From the NCBI RefSeq assembly GCF_009914755.1, contig NC_060931.1: a stretch of DNA of 64,000 nt, one strand, 5' to 3'. The stretch comes from the human T2T-CHM13v2.0 reference genome, Homo sapiens. The notes below the pieces were generated by a model. That model saw only the letters and a list, made by a program, of their open reading frames with translations. It made no database searches and was not told the DNA's origin. A program made the position numbers and the translations under genes. Position 1 is the first letter of the stretch; every line of letters starts with the position of its first letter. Positions 14,473 through 29,060 of the stretch are shown one piece after another.

Positions 14473-17216
14473 GGAAGATAGGTGTGTGGATGGATACTTT
14501 TCACCATATACTCCTGTATAACTTTTGAATTTTGGATGTATGTATTATTTATTTAAAATTAATTTCACATTACAAAATGAGACTATGATAACCCATCAAT
14601 GAACAAAAACAAAAGAACTGCTGGTCTAACATTGGTACTTTGGGAACCCATTATAATGAGTTGGTTAAAAAATATAATTATGCTGATTTATCAATGTAAT
14701 TTATGTATGGTAAGCAGTGCAATATATTGGAAATATCATGGGCTTTAATGTCACTTATCAAATGCATGAATGAATAGATGAGTAGGTGATCATCTACAAC
14801 CATTTTCACATTCTGACTTTGTTACTTTCTTAACCTCTCTTCATTTGTACACTGGGGAGCCTAACATCTGCCTCACAGGGCCACTCATTCATTGACAAAG
14901 AAGTATTGAGTCACTACTATGAACAAGGAATTGCAGAGATAGCAAAAAAAAAAAAAAAAAAAAAAAAAAATTCCCTGTCTAATGAGTGATGAGGGTAAAG
15001 GGAAGACTGGGAGTTGGGGTGAAAAGTGGGGGAGAGAATAAGAAAAACATGTAGTATGTTAGATGTTGATAATAGTGCTATGGAAAATAAAAATAAAACA
15101 GAGAATAACAATAAGAAGTATTACTATAAGGATTAAATGAGAAAATGCATTTGAATTCCCTAAAATAGTGTCTGGCACATAGAAGATGGTAAATATAAGT
15201 GCCTTTAAAAGTATATCTAAAACAGGTAAAAATATTTTATCCTCTTAGATTATATTTTTTCCAATTTATTCTGCCTGTCTGTATAATCCTAATTCAGAAT
15301 AATGTGGTCCAAACAGGATTTTTCTCAGTGACTGAATGCTAAAGTCGGTGGAGAAATTGACTAGAATATTACTTGCAGTTCTATTATAAAACTATATCTG
15401 ACATCAAAGAGAAATGTTAAGCTCTAGTGAGTCCATTATCACTTGTTTAAAAGTGTAACCTATTTTTAAATATCCCTTGAACAGACTTATTGAATCCCAT
15501 GAGTTAGGCTTGTTGAAATGAAAACATTTTATCATTCACTGAGAGGTACTGGTGAATATATTCAAAGCAAAAGTTAATGGGGAGGATAATCTGGCATAAC
15601 ACGGACCCTAATTAATTTACCAGCTGCCATATATTTTAATCTTTATATACAAACACCTGATAATGTTGAACCCCAGCAGCCTAAACAGCTGATGTTATTT
15701 ACTCAAAGGCTTAATTTACTACAATATTAGAGAGTGACCATCTTTTGAGGTCATTAAGAAGAAAGTCAAGTGAGCTGAGCAACCGCTAATAAAACAACAA
15801 CTATAACATACATTCAAGCTGATGTCCTTTAAGTCTGAAGCATAAGTCATATTAACAAAATTTTACATGAACGTAGGAAAGAATTAGGTGGTTATTTTCA
15901 CATGCAAAAGAACTTGTTTCAATATCTTGGAAGATATTTTTTGTACATTTATAAAGGATTTGCTGTCCATGGGCCCAAATTCTGGATGGTGTTTTTCTAA
16001 GGTGTATTCCTCTTCCCACAAATTGCACATAACTGCTAAATTCATGCACTTAATTTGTTTTTTAAAAAAAGAGTGTAATAGTTACATCTCTAAAAAGCCC
16101 ACTTAATAAGATCATTTAAATATCTTTCACATAACACACACAAGACAAATAATTTCCCAAGTAACACAGTGAAACATTTTGCTTTTCTGAAAGAACATTA
16201 TATTCATTTTGCCCTTGCTAGATCACTGGTATCATTACTTACGCTAGTCTCTAGGAGGGGAAAAGAGGGATTTTATTGAAGTGATTTACTTGTGTTAGGC
16301 CTGGAAGTGAACTGAAAGCAATGGCAGTTCTTATATAAAGGATGGCATAATTGAATTATTGCCTAAGTGATTGAAAACAGTGGTGCATATCAGGGCCATC
16401 TCTTCGAAGATGTTACAAAGAGTAGTCAGGCCATGATGTTTACTTTATGTCTAATCCCTGTTTCCAGCAGAACGAGAAGTGCAAAGAATCTGTTTAGCCT
16501 GGAAGCCCACTGTGAGAATTTCTAAAATACTGTACCCTGAAAAATGAGAATGGCTCACCGAACAGGTCAAGTGATTTAGGTATCACAAGCTAAGACACTA
16601 TCTTGTAATGCTAATTCTGTCACATCCCAATGCAACAGACTGTAGTTTTAGTAGACTTAACTTTGGATTTAATAAGGTAGATAAAGTGGGTACTCTTATT
16701 GAAGGTCAGTCTTTCTAACATCTAATGCTAAATATTTTTTCTAGGCAAAAAAAAGGGCATCATTACCTTCTTTGATCTTTAAAACATCTCCTCTGACTAC
16801 TTTGTAACCATCAATTTCAGAAATGGTACACACGTCAGAGACACAATCATGGCCAGAAAATGGGCAAAACAGAGGATCACTACAATGATTATCCTGCTCT
16901 GCCAAAACATTCAGAACCATTTGAAGTCATTTGGACTACTTATTCAACCTCTAGACAAGCAAAACCTGCACTCTTATCAGTACTGAAACTGGTTGCCCTT
17001 CCTCTAGCTTTGAAACTAAAGTGCAAATTTCTCAATGCTCAAAAAGCAAAACTTTCCCTTCCCCTCACATTCTCCTTTGCAACACCATTGTTCCTAATAC
17101 AATCCTCCTTTACTGCAATTACTAGATTGATGGCAATTATACGTTTTCAGGTCTGTCTCCACTACTACGCTGCTGGCCCTTGACTGAAAGTAATACTACT
17201 ACTTTCTTGATCTAGG

Positions 17217-17383
17217 CAGGGGTTCTCAGACTTTAGTGTTCACCAGAAGCACCTGGAGGGCTCATCAAAGGACAGATTGCCAAGCACCATCCTAGAGTTT
17301 CTGTCTCAGTAGGTCTGGGGTGTGGCCTGAGAAGGTGTTGCTCAATATGTTCCAGGTGCTGCTGATGCTGCTGAGAATCACTG
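17217..17383 (+). mobile_element. MER5A
   Basis: CAGGGGTTCTCAGACTT...CAGTAGGTCTGGGGTGTGGCC...TGAGAATCACTG. Confidence 0.85.
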
Positions 17384-17389
17384 CCCTAG

Positions 17390-17622
17390 TGAAGTGGTTA
17401 GGGGCATGTTTGCTGGAGCAAGTCTGCATATCTTGAACCCTGCCCAGCTACTTGCCAGCTGTGTGCTCACGGGCAAATTACTCCACTTTTTCATGCCTCC
17501 CTTTTCTCATCTGTAAAATAAGGATATCAATATGATAAAGCTCTTAGAGTTATTAAGATTAAGTGAATTAATACACAGAGAGCTTAATTGGTACCTGACA
17601 CATAAGTGCTCAATAAATGTTT
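17390..17622 (+). mobile_element. MIR
   Basis: CTCATCTGTAAAATAAGG core and AAGTGCTCAATAAATG 3' end. Confidence 0.75.
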
Positions 17623-18796
17623 ATAGATAACAAAATTAAATTATCTTTATTGTTATTATTGAGCATTGAGATTATGTGTTCCAGAAGGTGCTTACATGAT
17701 GATAATCATTTTAGATGAAACTGAGACTACCAGTCTCTATAACTTGCCATGCTTTGTTTAAACCTTCCTTCCTTATACATGCCAGAGAAGAAATTAATAT
17801 TAAATGTTATTTCAATTTACATTCTCATTTTCTCTCCTAAATATAGACCTGGCAAAACTGTGTTCAAAGAGAAAATGTCAAATCCATGAAAATCAAATAT
17901 AATTTATAAAAAACAAAATATATAATGTTGTTTTTGCTCATTAATTTGTTCATTTTTACATCACATCTTACTGAGTCTTTGTAAATAACTCCTTGTCACA
18001 ATATTTTTCTAAAGATTGATACAGATATATTATAAATTACTGGAAGACAATGTATCAATATTCGTAACTTCCACGAAATATTTAATAAATGAAAACTTTA
18101 GATAATACAATTTAGGAGGTATTATAAATCATTAATTTTAATTTGAGAACTGAAATATACAATCCATTTTGGAAAAACAAAATGACTCTAACTTAATCTT
18201 TTAAAAAGCTTTTAGGCTTTAGTTTATTTTTAATTATTTGACTTAATCTTACTGATTTTTCTTTTCAGTAATATACATTTCTGGTTTTGTATTATCATTA
18301 GAAACTTAAATAAGTAAACTGTACCACTGAAAAAACCCAAAAACTATTATGCTTAGTTTTCTAAGTTGTATGGCTGTGACAACCATATAAAAAATTCTGA
18401 CAAAGTACAGATTACTCAGCTTAGAAATAAACATCAGTAAACTGTGAGGCAGGCAACAAATATTCTTCATACACAGATAGAAGGAAAGACACAGCAAGAA
18501 AAGAAGGATAATTTACAACCGTAAGTTAATTGTGAATAACTCTACTCCATCAGACTCACTGGTCCGGCACTTCCAGTTCATACGGTTTTATAAAATAAAT
18601 GCTTCCTCTAAAAAGCTGTGGATAAATGAGTAGCATTTTAAGTGCAGAAACACATCTTGCTAACTAAATATTTTGTGGTGACCCCTTCTATAATTTGAAA
18701 AAAATTAGTTCTGTTAAACGCCATTCCTTCTTTCTTACTGTTGTTGTCAATAGATTTTGATTTTATTAAATTAACATACTTTATTTAAAAGCAGAC

Positions 18797-19101
<305 letters not shown>

Positions 19102-19804
19102 TAATCTGTCTACCAAGCAAATCTGCTTCCATTTTATGCATGCAGACTTTTATACTAAGTCTATCTTTGCAAAAGATTTAAAGAAAATTATTTCTTTCCC
19201 AAGAAGCTGTGCATTCAGATTCTTTATCTATATCTGGGCTTTGGTATCTTCCATAAAGTAAAGAACTTCTATAAAACAAAGACGTGGTGGAATGGATTAG
19301 ACAATCTTGAAGATTTACTATGGTTTTAATGATTTATAAATCTGTAAATATATAAACAAAAGTAAAAATTTTAAAACAACTGTTTTGAAAAATCCCAGTA
19401 CTAGTTGCAAAAAACCCTGAGTTCTAGCCCCAGGTCTTCTACTATTCGTGTGGCACTGGGCAAGTCACTTGAGCTCCTGGGGCCCTAACTGCTGTGTGAT
19501 TATAATGACAAAGATAAACTAGGTAACTCCTAAATTTCACTCTAACTTCAAAATACATACTTTTTAGAAAACCAATTAATTATATTCTGGAAGTTTAAAA
19601 TCAAAATACCAGGGTACACTTTAGTATATAATTTTAAAATATGTTTTTACTATTTTTTTAATATGTGAGAAAGAATAAAGCACATACTAATAATTAAAGT
19701 TATTTCCATTTTTACAGGATTATAATATTATAACATGTTGCTCTATATTCCAGAAATAAAATTCAATTTACACTCCTTGATTTCTGTCTCTTTGTTCTGA
19801 CATC

Positions 19805-20149
19805 TGCTATAGTCTGAACATTTATGTCCCCTAAAGATTCACGTGTTGAAACCTAATCACCAATGTGACAATATTGAGAGGTCAGGACTTTGGGAGATGA
19901 CTAGGATGAGAGGGTGGAGCCCTCATGAATGAGACTAGTGCCCTTATGAAAGAGCCTGAGGAAGCTTACTTGCCCTTTCCACCAAGAAGGCACCATTTAT
20001 GAAGCAGAGTGCATGTCCTCACCAGATGCTAAACCTGCCAGTACCTTGCTTTTGGACTTTCCAGCCTCCAGAGTTGTAAGAAATAAATGTTGTTTATAAG
20101 CTACCTTGTTTATGGTCTTTTGTTATAACAGCCCAGTTGAACTAAGATA
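19805..20149 (+). mobile_element. MLT1A-like solo LTR (ERVL-MaLR)
   Basis: TGCTATAGTCTGAACATTTATGTCCCC...CCAGCCTCCAGAGTTGTAAGAAATAAATG...CTAAGATA; CATC on both flanks. Confidence 0.85.
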
Positions 20150-20294
20150 CATCTAAGCACCACTGTATTCCTGGATCCTATCCCTCCAAGCAGAGGTGAT
20201 GCAGCTGTCCTCCTCTATCTCAGAAGCCTAGTCTGCTCTGTGACTCCTCTTACAGAATGTGGGTCTCAAGGGGAACACTGTGGGTCAGTGGGAG

Positions 20295-20614
20295 CAGGGG
20301 GCAGAAAACTTTTTTCTGTAAAGGGCCATATAGTAAATATCTTAAGTTTTACAGGTCATATGGTCTCTGTCACATATACTCAACACTGTCATTGTAACAC
20401 AAAAACAGCCACATACAATACTTAACAACAACAAAAAAACAGACCGTGTTCCAATAAAACTGTATTGGTAAGCAATAAAATTTACTTTCATATTATTTTC
20501 ACATGTCAGGAAATATTACTTTAAAATTTTTTCCAACCATTTAAAGAGGTAAAAAACCATTCTTAGCTTTAGGCTGTACCCAGCAGGTGCCAGGCTGCAG
20601 TTTGCCAACCCCTG
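20295..20614 (+). mobile_element. MER58B-like (hAT-Charlie)
   Basis: CAGGGG...TTTTCTGTAAAGGGCCATATAGTAAATAT...GTTTGCCAACCCCTG. Confidence 0.85.
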
Positions 20615-21759
20615 CTTTAGGCTATTTACCTGATTAGATGTGTGCCCCACTGACCCTGCACTGCTCCTAAGGAAACACGCTTTGAAAACTCTACAACCCA
20701 GCCTAGAGCTGTGTTAGAACCAAACACCACTTTCTTTCCAGCACCATAAATTATTATGAAAGATCCAGGAATTATTCACAACCATGAACTTCTTTAGCAA
20801 CTCTGCCAAAACATTTACTTCTTCATTATGTTGATGTAGATAAAACTTCCACAAATTCCCAGAATATTAGATTTGCAACTTGCTTTCCTAAAGTCTCCTT
20901 CCTCACCTAAACTAATAGAGTACACTTGAGCTCTGAGCAAAAAGGGCCAAATCCCACTGGGCTTATGTCCAAACTTCATGTGTTTGAAAGTTTTATTCAG
21001 TGCAAGTGGTTTTAAAGTCACTTTTATAGAGACTCTTAGCATGAATTTTGGACCAATAGGGTGATATAAGCCTTTATATTTAATTCCCTGACCTACTAAT
21101 ATGAACAAGAAAACAAGAGAAACTCAAGAAATGAGGGAGGGTGCCAACTATATATTAAAATATTTCAGCCACAGACAGGTAAGGAGTAAGGGCAGCACCA
21201 GCCGGCATGCCATCCATCAGCACATAAGGAAGAAAGATACCCGGGGTGGAAATAAACAAGGCTTCTGTTGGAACTTCATCAAAACCCCAACTTGGAGCAA
21301 ATGGGGTTAAAGATGAAAGCAGATCTTTGAGCAGTTCTTTGGGGAACAGGTTGCCACACAGCTGGAGTCTAGGAGGAAGGAATCCCACGGCAGCCCTCCC
21401 AGCCAGCACATGGTGTATTTGGCACACTGAACAGTGTGGGCCATCACCATGGCCAGCTCTGGAGGAGGGCATAAGGCTGCTGTGCTAGGTGAGGGAACCA
21501 GCACTGCCCCAGCTGGTTTCTAGCTGCTGAGACAGAGAGGGTAGCCACATCAATGCCAGGTCAACACTCCTTTTTCAGAAACTACTTCCTTATCTATCTG
21601 CGACAACTCTCTAACTTAAACAGAATTTCCACATTGGTAAAATGGCAATAAATGCATTGCCCCTTCTTCAATCTATACCTGGAAGATCTAACAAACAGCT
21701 TCAGGCTTTTACTCAGGATCAATTTCAGCTCCTAATATTAAACAGACATTCTATTCTAC

Positions 21760-23600
21760 AGATGAGCTAAAGAAAAATAACTGGACATTACAAAATATTC
21801 AACAGTTCAAAAGAAGAAAAGTTATTAACAGAGCAGAACAAATGACTTCTTCTGAAGCAGACTTATTGCAAGAAACAGAAGGACACATTTTAAAATCTCT
21901 AATTTGTGCTTTTAAAATTTTAGTAAGATTTAAGAAGACCCTGTATTAATAAAATAGGGACTAGTAGCCATGAAAAGGAAACAATCTGAGCATGTAAAAT
22001 TACACTTACAAATAACACAACAGAAATTCTCACATTTTAAAGGAACTCAGTAAAGACAGAAGCCAGAATATTAGATGCTGCAGAAAACAGAATCAGCAAA
22101 TTAGAAGATATAAGAAGTTCTCCCAAAATTCAGAGTAAAAATCTAAAGAGAGAAGATAAATGGGGAATAGATTAAGGAGATGCAACATATGTTTACATTA
22201 ACTTTAAGAAGATAATTTCTAAAAAATGATAAGAAAGACCAATGAATAAAATTCTAAGTCCAAGATTATTTAAGCAAAAATTATTCGTTGAGGGAGGAGA
22301 AGTACAAAAAAAAATCTCTATTTCCTATTATATAGGACAACAAAATATACACTTTCGGTCTTGGCAAAAAAAAAAAAAAACAAATATCAAAAGAAAAAGA
22401 AAGGAAGAAAATTTTCCTGAGCTCAATTAAGACTTGAATTTTCAATTGTAAAGGCTCAATTATATTTAAATACTAATAAAAACACTACAACTGAACAGAG
22501 ATACAATTTCTGAATTTCAAAGATTGAGAAAACTTTCTAGAAACATTTTGTCCAGACAGAGAAGAAACAAGTAAGTTTCCAACAAAGAAAGACAATGGGT
22601 TTGGCATTAGCTTTTATTCCACAATACTTCAAAACTAGATGACAATACTTAAAAGGAAGGTTAAAAGAGTTCTAAGCAAAAGGACTGTGACTCTAGTCAT
22701 GTTCATACATAACGGCAATGGAGCCTCTCAGTTATGCAAGAACTCATAAAGAAGATGACCCACTTATATCCTTCCTCAACCAATTACTCAATGTTTACCA
22801 ACAACTGACAATAAAGTCAGAACACAATTCCAATAATTGAAGAGAGTACAGAAGAAATGAGCAGTAAACAGTGAATATGCCTGCAATTAAATTAAAAATA
22901 ATTGTGGCCAATCTATCACAATCCTGATGTTCGTTAAGAAAATAATTTAAGAAAGATGATAAGAAAGACCAAGGGCTAAAAATCTGATTTTAAGTCCCAG
23001 ATTATTTAAACAAAAATTACTGGCTGAGGGAGGAGTAGTATCCTATTTTATAGGATAACAAAATATATACTTTAATTCTTGGCAAAAAATTGAGAAATAT
23101 CAATGTTACAATGATGTCCTACTGGAATTTAAAGGCAATAATTATTAAAAAGAAATATAATGAAGATTAGAGAAAAGATTTTGGTTTCAGATGAACTAAA
23201 CTGGGTTTAAGGTTCAGCTATCACAAATCATGTGAATTTGGATAAATTATTAGTATCTCGAAGCTTTCATGATCTCATCTACAAAATAAGAATAAGTTTC
23301 TTTGTTATATGATTATTTTGAAATAAAAAATACATATATAGCCCATTGTCTGACACATGGCACATGTGGAGTGTTGGCCATTATTGTTAATAATAAAGGG
23401 AAAAAACTTGATAAATATAACAAAAGACAGAAAAAGATTAAAAACTAAAGCCAATAGCTATATTGAACAGAAAGCAGAAATGGTTCAAAGAAGCACCACC
23501 AAACATATCAGTTATCATAATGCTTGAAGCTGGGTTAAGTTTTTCTGTTGAAAAATAAAGACCCTTAGATAAGACTTTAAAAATGCAGCTATTCTGTATG
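21760..23600 (+). mobile_element. Highly degenerate old L1 (ORF1-region-like) fragments
   Basis: A-rich strand, e.g. AGAATCAGCAAATTAGAAGATA, GAAAATTTTCCTGAGCT. Confidence 0.5.
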
Positions 23601-23620
23601 CTGTTTTTATAAAGACACAT

Positions 23621-24960
23621 CATTCACTCACTCAACAAATATTTGGGTGCTCACTGTGTGCCAGACACTATTCTGGGATCTGAGGATATGGTCAGGAAAC
23701 AAAACACAAAGGCTTTGACCATTGTGCAGTGCAGCACAATCCAGCAGGAAGGTTAAAGACCCTCAGGCTGGGACAGCCCTCGCCATGTTCAAGAAATGTA
23801 ATCAGGTCTGTGTGGTGAAGCCAGCAAGCAGAGGAGAGTTCAGAGAGGCAACTGGGTCAGGTGGGGTAGATTCTACAGAACCTTTGAGGCCTTGTCTGGA
23901 CTTTGGATTGTACCCTAAATTAGAAGGTGAGGAATTGGAGGGCTCTGAGTATGAGCAATGTGATCAAACTTCCTTTCTTTGGAAAGATTATTCTGATTGC
24001 TGTATTGAATAAAAATAAGGCCAATATTGAATGAAGGCCAATAAGAGTGGAGGCAGAGAGATCAGTTAGAAAATTAATGTAATAATCTAGGAAAGAAAGG
24101 ACAGTGGCCTAGGTAAGAGTGGTAGCAGTGAAGACAGTAAGTAGTTGGACTCCTCTGGACTAGAAGGATTAGTTGACAAGATGAGTTAATTGTTTGGATG
24201 TGTAAAATATGAGAAAAAGAAGAGTCAAAGATGACTACAAGTTTTTCGGCCAGAACACTGGGAAGGATGCAGTTATGAGCAGCTATGATGGGAACAGTAA
24301 GGGAAGAGTAGGTGTGGAGGAGTGTGGTTAGGCAGCCAGTTACAGGTGTGTGAATTCTGAGGTGCTCTTAGGGGGACAGGGAAAATTAAAAGCAATAGCC
24401 AGTCAGATATTTGAATCTGGAGAGGCCAGAACCAGAAATGTAGGTTCAATAGTCATCAGCTTTGGTCCTTAAAGGCATAAAACCGAGACAGGGCACCCAG
24501 AGACCAGATGTAGACTGAGAAGAGAAGTGCAAGGACTAAGGTCTGGAACACATGGTGTTTACAGATGAATGAGATGAGGAGGAGCCAATGAAGGACACAC
24601 AGAAAGCATGGTAAATGAAGTGGAATAAAAAACAGAAGACTGAGTGGTCTGGGAAGCCCAGAAAGGAAAGAGGGCAGAATGAATGACTGTGCCAAGGGCT
24701 GCTGACAGGCCAAGGAAGATGAGGTCTGAGAACTGACCACTGGGTTTAGCAATGAGGAGGTCACTGGTGACTTTGACAAGGGTGGACTAGAGGGTAGTGG
24801 GGATGAATGTCTCAGAGGCAGAGTAGAAGACAGAAAGGAAGGAAAGAAATGGGAAAAGAGAACATACAAAAGTTTTTCTGAGGAACTTTAAGAAGGAGCA
24901 GAGAACTGGGAAAGTCAGTAATTCAAAAGACAAATGGGGTCAAGAAAGGGTTGTTTTCTT
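23621..24960 (-). mobile_element. L2 (LINE2) 3' portion
   Basis: CATTCACTCACTCAACAAATATTTGGGTGCTCACTGTGTGCCAG terminus; GGAGGTCACTGGTGACTTTGACAAG internal motif. Confidence 0.8.
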
Positions 24961-25418
24961 CTTAATGAAAATGACAGGATATTGATGAGAGAGAGAATAT
25001 TGCTGTAGTCCTATGGATTTTTAAAAATTAAAGGGTAAACAAAAGAAAGCAAAAATTTAAAAAGGGTAGCCGTATAAGATTAAAGTAGAACTTGAGACAA
25101 AAACAATTACATGGGACAGACATTAACATATATTTGACCAACAAACAATGGAACAGACTAAAAAAGTTGTTAAAGTGGTATTCCCCAAAAGAATACTGCA
25201 CCCAGGTGAATTTATGGACAAGATTGATAAAATCTTCAGGTAAATGATCATTTCTTTGCTTTTCAAACTGATTCTAACAATAAAAGGAAGGAAAAGATTT
25301 CAATTAATTTGAACAAATTAGCAGAAACCAATACCAGCAACTGACAAGAGAAGGTACAAAACCAACTAATTGTTTCAAGATTGATACAAAAGGTCTTAAA
25401 TAAAATATAAGTAGTTTA

Positions 25419-25811
<393 letters not shown>

Positions 25812-26314
25812 TCATTTAAAATTTTTAAAAAAGGAAATAATATCAATAGATGTTAAAAGAGCATTTACTATAAATTCAATTAATGTTAAGATAAAAATTA
25901 TTAATTTAGGTATGAAAGTTATTGCTTTGGTATAATAAAGAATATTCTTCTGAAACCAACAGCCACCAAAAACCATATGCAATGAATCAAGAACAAGAGA
26001 AAAATACCAACTATTATTATCCTTCAATGGTGTCCCAGAAATTTCAATCAGTGTAATAAAACAAGAAAAAGATATTTTTAAAAGTATAACTACTAGAAAG
26101 GAAGAGATAAAATCATCATTTTTGCAAATGATATAGCAATTTAACTAGAAAACACAAGAGACTAAAATGAAAATTTATTAAAACTGATTTTTTAAGTTCA
26201 GTAAAATGGCACAATGCCAGAGACACAGGAATCAACAGCTTTTTGCAGACTAAATTAGGCAGATTTCTAATTTAAAATTCTCTTTACAAAAGTAAGCATC
26301 TCCAAAAATCTCTC

Positions 26315-26603
26315 TAGTGTTTTCCAATAAAAATGTAATGTGAGTCACATATGTAATTTTAGATAAGCCCAGTTGCCACATTAAAAAAAATACAAAAATA
26401 TACTTTATGTAACATAATAACCGAAATTATTATTTCAATATATCTAATTGATATTTTTTAAATGATTTTTTTCATACTGAGTCTTCAAATTCTAGTGGTT
26501 TTTGGTAGTTAGTTAACCTGTTTGTGTGTTTGCACACTAAACAGTATTATTTCACATCTTCACTAACCACCTGTGGCCAGCAGCTATTGTATCAGACAGA
26601 GCA
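26315..26603 (+). mobile_element. MER33-like (hAT-Charlie)
   Basis: TCCAATAAAAATGTAATGTGAGTCACATATGTAATTTTA...GCCACATTAAAAAA. Confidence 0.65.
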
Positions 26604-27669
26604 GCTCTCATAGGCCTAGATGTGTGCCTAAGAACATCTGTGCAGAACGTACAAACTCGAAAATGGCAAAGTGCTACATAACACAGGAGATTTCAGAAAG
26701 AGGACAAACATATTACATATTCATAGATGAGAATAGGAATATGTGTCTTTGAATACTGATATCACTGTAAAGATATCGATTTTCCCTCCCAGGTTATTAT
26801 ATAAATTCAACACGAGCCTAAGCTAAATTCCTGTAACATTTATGTAGAAGACCTGACAAAAAGATTTCAAAGACTGGAAGCATAAAGATCAAAGAATATC
26901 AAGAAACTTTTAAAATGACAAGTAAAAACGATTGGGATTTGCCATATCAGATATTTAAATATCAAATATTTACAATTTATGAAAATTACAACCATATGAT
27001 ACTGGCAGCTCAACAAAGAGACTGTAAGAACTAGTATGCATAAGAATTTGGTACAGCATGTGACAAAGGGAGAATGAAAAATAAGTGGGAAATGAATACA
27101 TTAGTAAATACATATTAATAGTATTCAGGCCACTTGTAAAAAATATAAAGTTGTATGTCTATTTTATAATGTTTACCAAAATAAATACTACACAAGTCAA
27201 AGGTTTAAATGAAAAACTAAAAAGCAGTAAGATGATTAAAAAATCTATAGTAAATGTTTGTATTATTTTGGAGTGAGAAAAATTTTCTAGGATAGAAATC
27301 AAAGAACGAGAGCAACAGATTTGGTGATAAAACCATCTATGTATCAAAAGCATAAATAAAAAGCTAATTTTCAAACTGGTAAAATGATTCCAACATATAT
27401 GAACAATAAAATACTAATACTCTTGATACATAAGTAGCTTTTACAGCTCATTTAGAGAACAAGGTGAACAATCCAAAAAAAAAAAAAAAAACCTAAGGAC
27501 ATAAACAGGCCAATTCCCAGGAGAAAATACAAATGTTCACCTACGAAACTGGCAAAGATGAAAAGACAACGATCATGTCGGACAAAGATGTAAAGGAATG
27601 GTAACTGCTGTGAACAACCTTTCCTGAAGGAAACTTGGCAGTATGCATAAAATGCCTTAAAAACATATA

Positions 27670-28790
27670 CAGTCATGTGCCACATCACAATGTTTCAGCC
27701 CACAACGTTTCACATATATGAAAGTGGTCCCCTAACATCAGAACGGAGCTGAAAAATGTCTATCACCTAGTGACATCATAGCCATCATAATGCAGCAACA
27801 CAACATGTTACTCACGTTTGTATAAAATACATCATACTTGATTAATGATAATAAACAATGATGTTACTGGTTTGTATACGTACTATGCTATAATTTTTAT
27901 AATTATTTCACGGTGTACTCCTTCTACTTATCAAAAAAAAAAAGTTAACCGTGAAACAGCCTCAGGCAGATCCTTTGGCAGGTATTCCAGAAGAAGGCAT
28001 TATCATTACAGGAGATGTGTGTTATTGCCCCTGAAGACCTTCAGTGACAGAAGATGTGGAGGTGGGAGACAGTGATATTGATTATCCTGACCCAGGGTAG
28101 GCCTGATGTGTGTGATTATGTCTTAGGTTTTAACAAAAATGTTTAAAAAGTAAAAAAAAAAAAAAAATTGAAAAAAATTGAAAAAACTTACGGAATAAGG
28201 ATATAAAGAAAAAATGTTTTTGTACAGTTGTACAATGTGTATGTTTTAATCTAAATGTTACAGGAGAGTCAAAAAGTTAAAAAAATTAAAAAGTTTAGAA
28301 AGTAAAACTGTTATAATAAGCTAAGGTTAATTTATTCTTAAAGAAAAATATTCTTCATAAATTTAGTGTAGCCTAAGTGTACAGTGTTTATAAAGTCTAC
28401 AGTAGTGTACAGTAATGTCCTAGGCCTTCATATTCACTGACCGCTCACCCAGAGCAAATTCCAGACCTTAAGCTCCATTCACGGTGAGTGCCTTATACAG
28501 GTGTACCATTTTTTTTGTTTTACACTGTCTTTTTACTGTGCCTTTTTAATGTTTAGGTACATAAATACCTACCCTTGCATTACAATTGCTTACAGTATTC
28601 AGTACAGTAACATGCAGCACAGTACGGTTTATAGTCTAGGATCAATAGGCCATACCAAATAGCCTACGTGTGTAGTAGGCTGTACCATCTGGGTTTGTGT
28701 AAATACACTCTATGACGTTTTCACAATGACAAAATCTCCAAACAATGCATTTCTCAGAATGCAGCCCTTCTGTTAAGTGACTCATGACTA
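27670..28790 (+). mobile_element. Tigger3 (Golem)-family DNA transposon, about 1.1 kb non-autonomous
   Basis: CAGTCATGTGCCACAT...TTAAGTGACTCATGACT termini with TA flanks; GTGTAGCCTAAGTGTACAGTGTTTATAAAGTCTACAGTAG internal. Confidence 0.85.
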
Positions 28791-28794
28791 TACA

Positions 28795-29060
28795 TCTTTC
28801 CACTTACATGAGGTACCCAGACTAGATAAATTCATAGATGCAGAAAGTAGGATACAGATTACCAGCGTCTCGAAGGGAGAGTAAATTGGAAGTTATTTTA
28901 ATGGGTACAGAGTTTCTGTTTGGGATGATGAAAACATTCTGGAAACGGATAGCAGTGATGGTTATGTGACATCATGAATGTACTTAATGTCACTGAATTG
29001 TACACTTTAAAATGGTTAAAATGGTCAATTTTATGTTATGTATATTTTAACACAATTTCT
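28795..29060 (+). mobile_element. L1MB-like 3' end
   Basis: TAATGGGTACAGAGTTTCTGTTTGGGATGATGAAAA...CACTGAATTGTACACTT. Confidence 0.8.
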
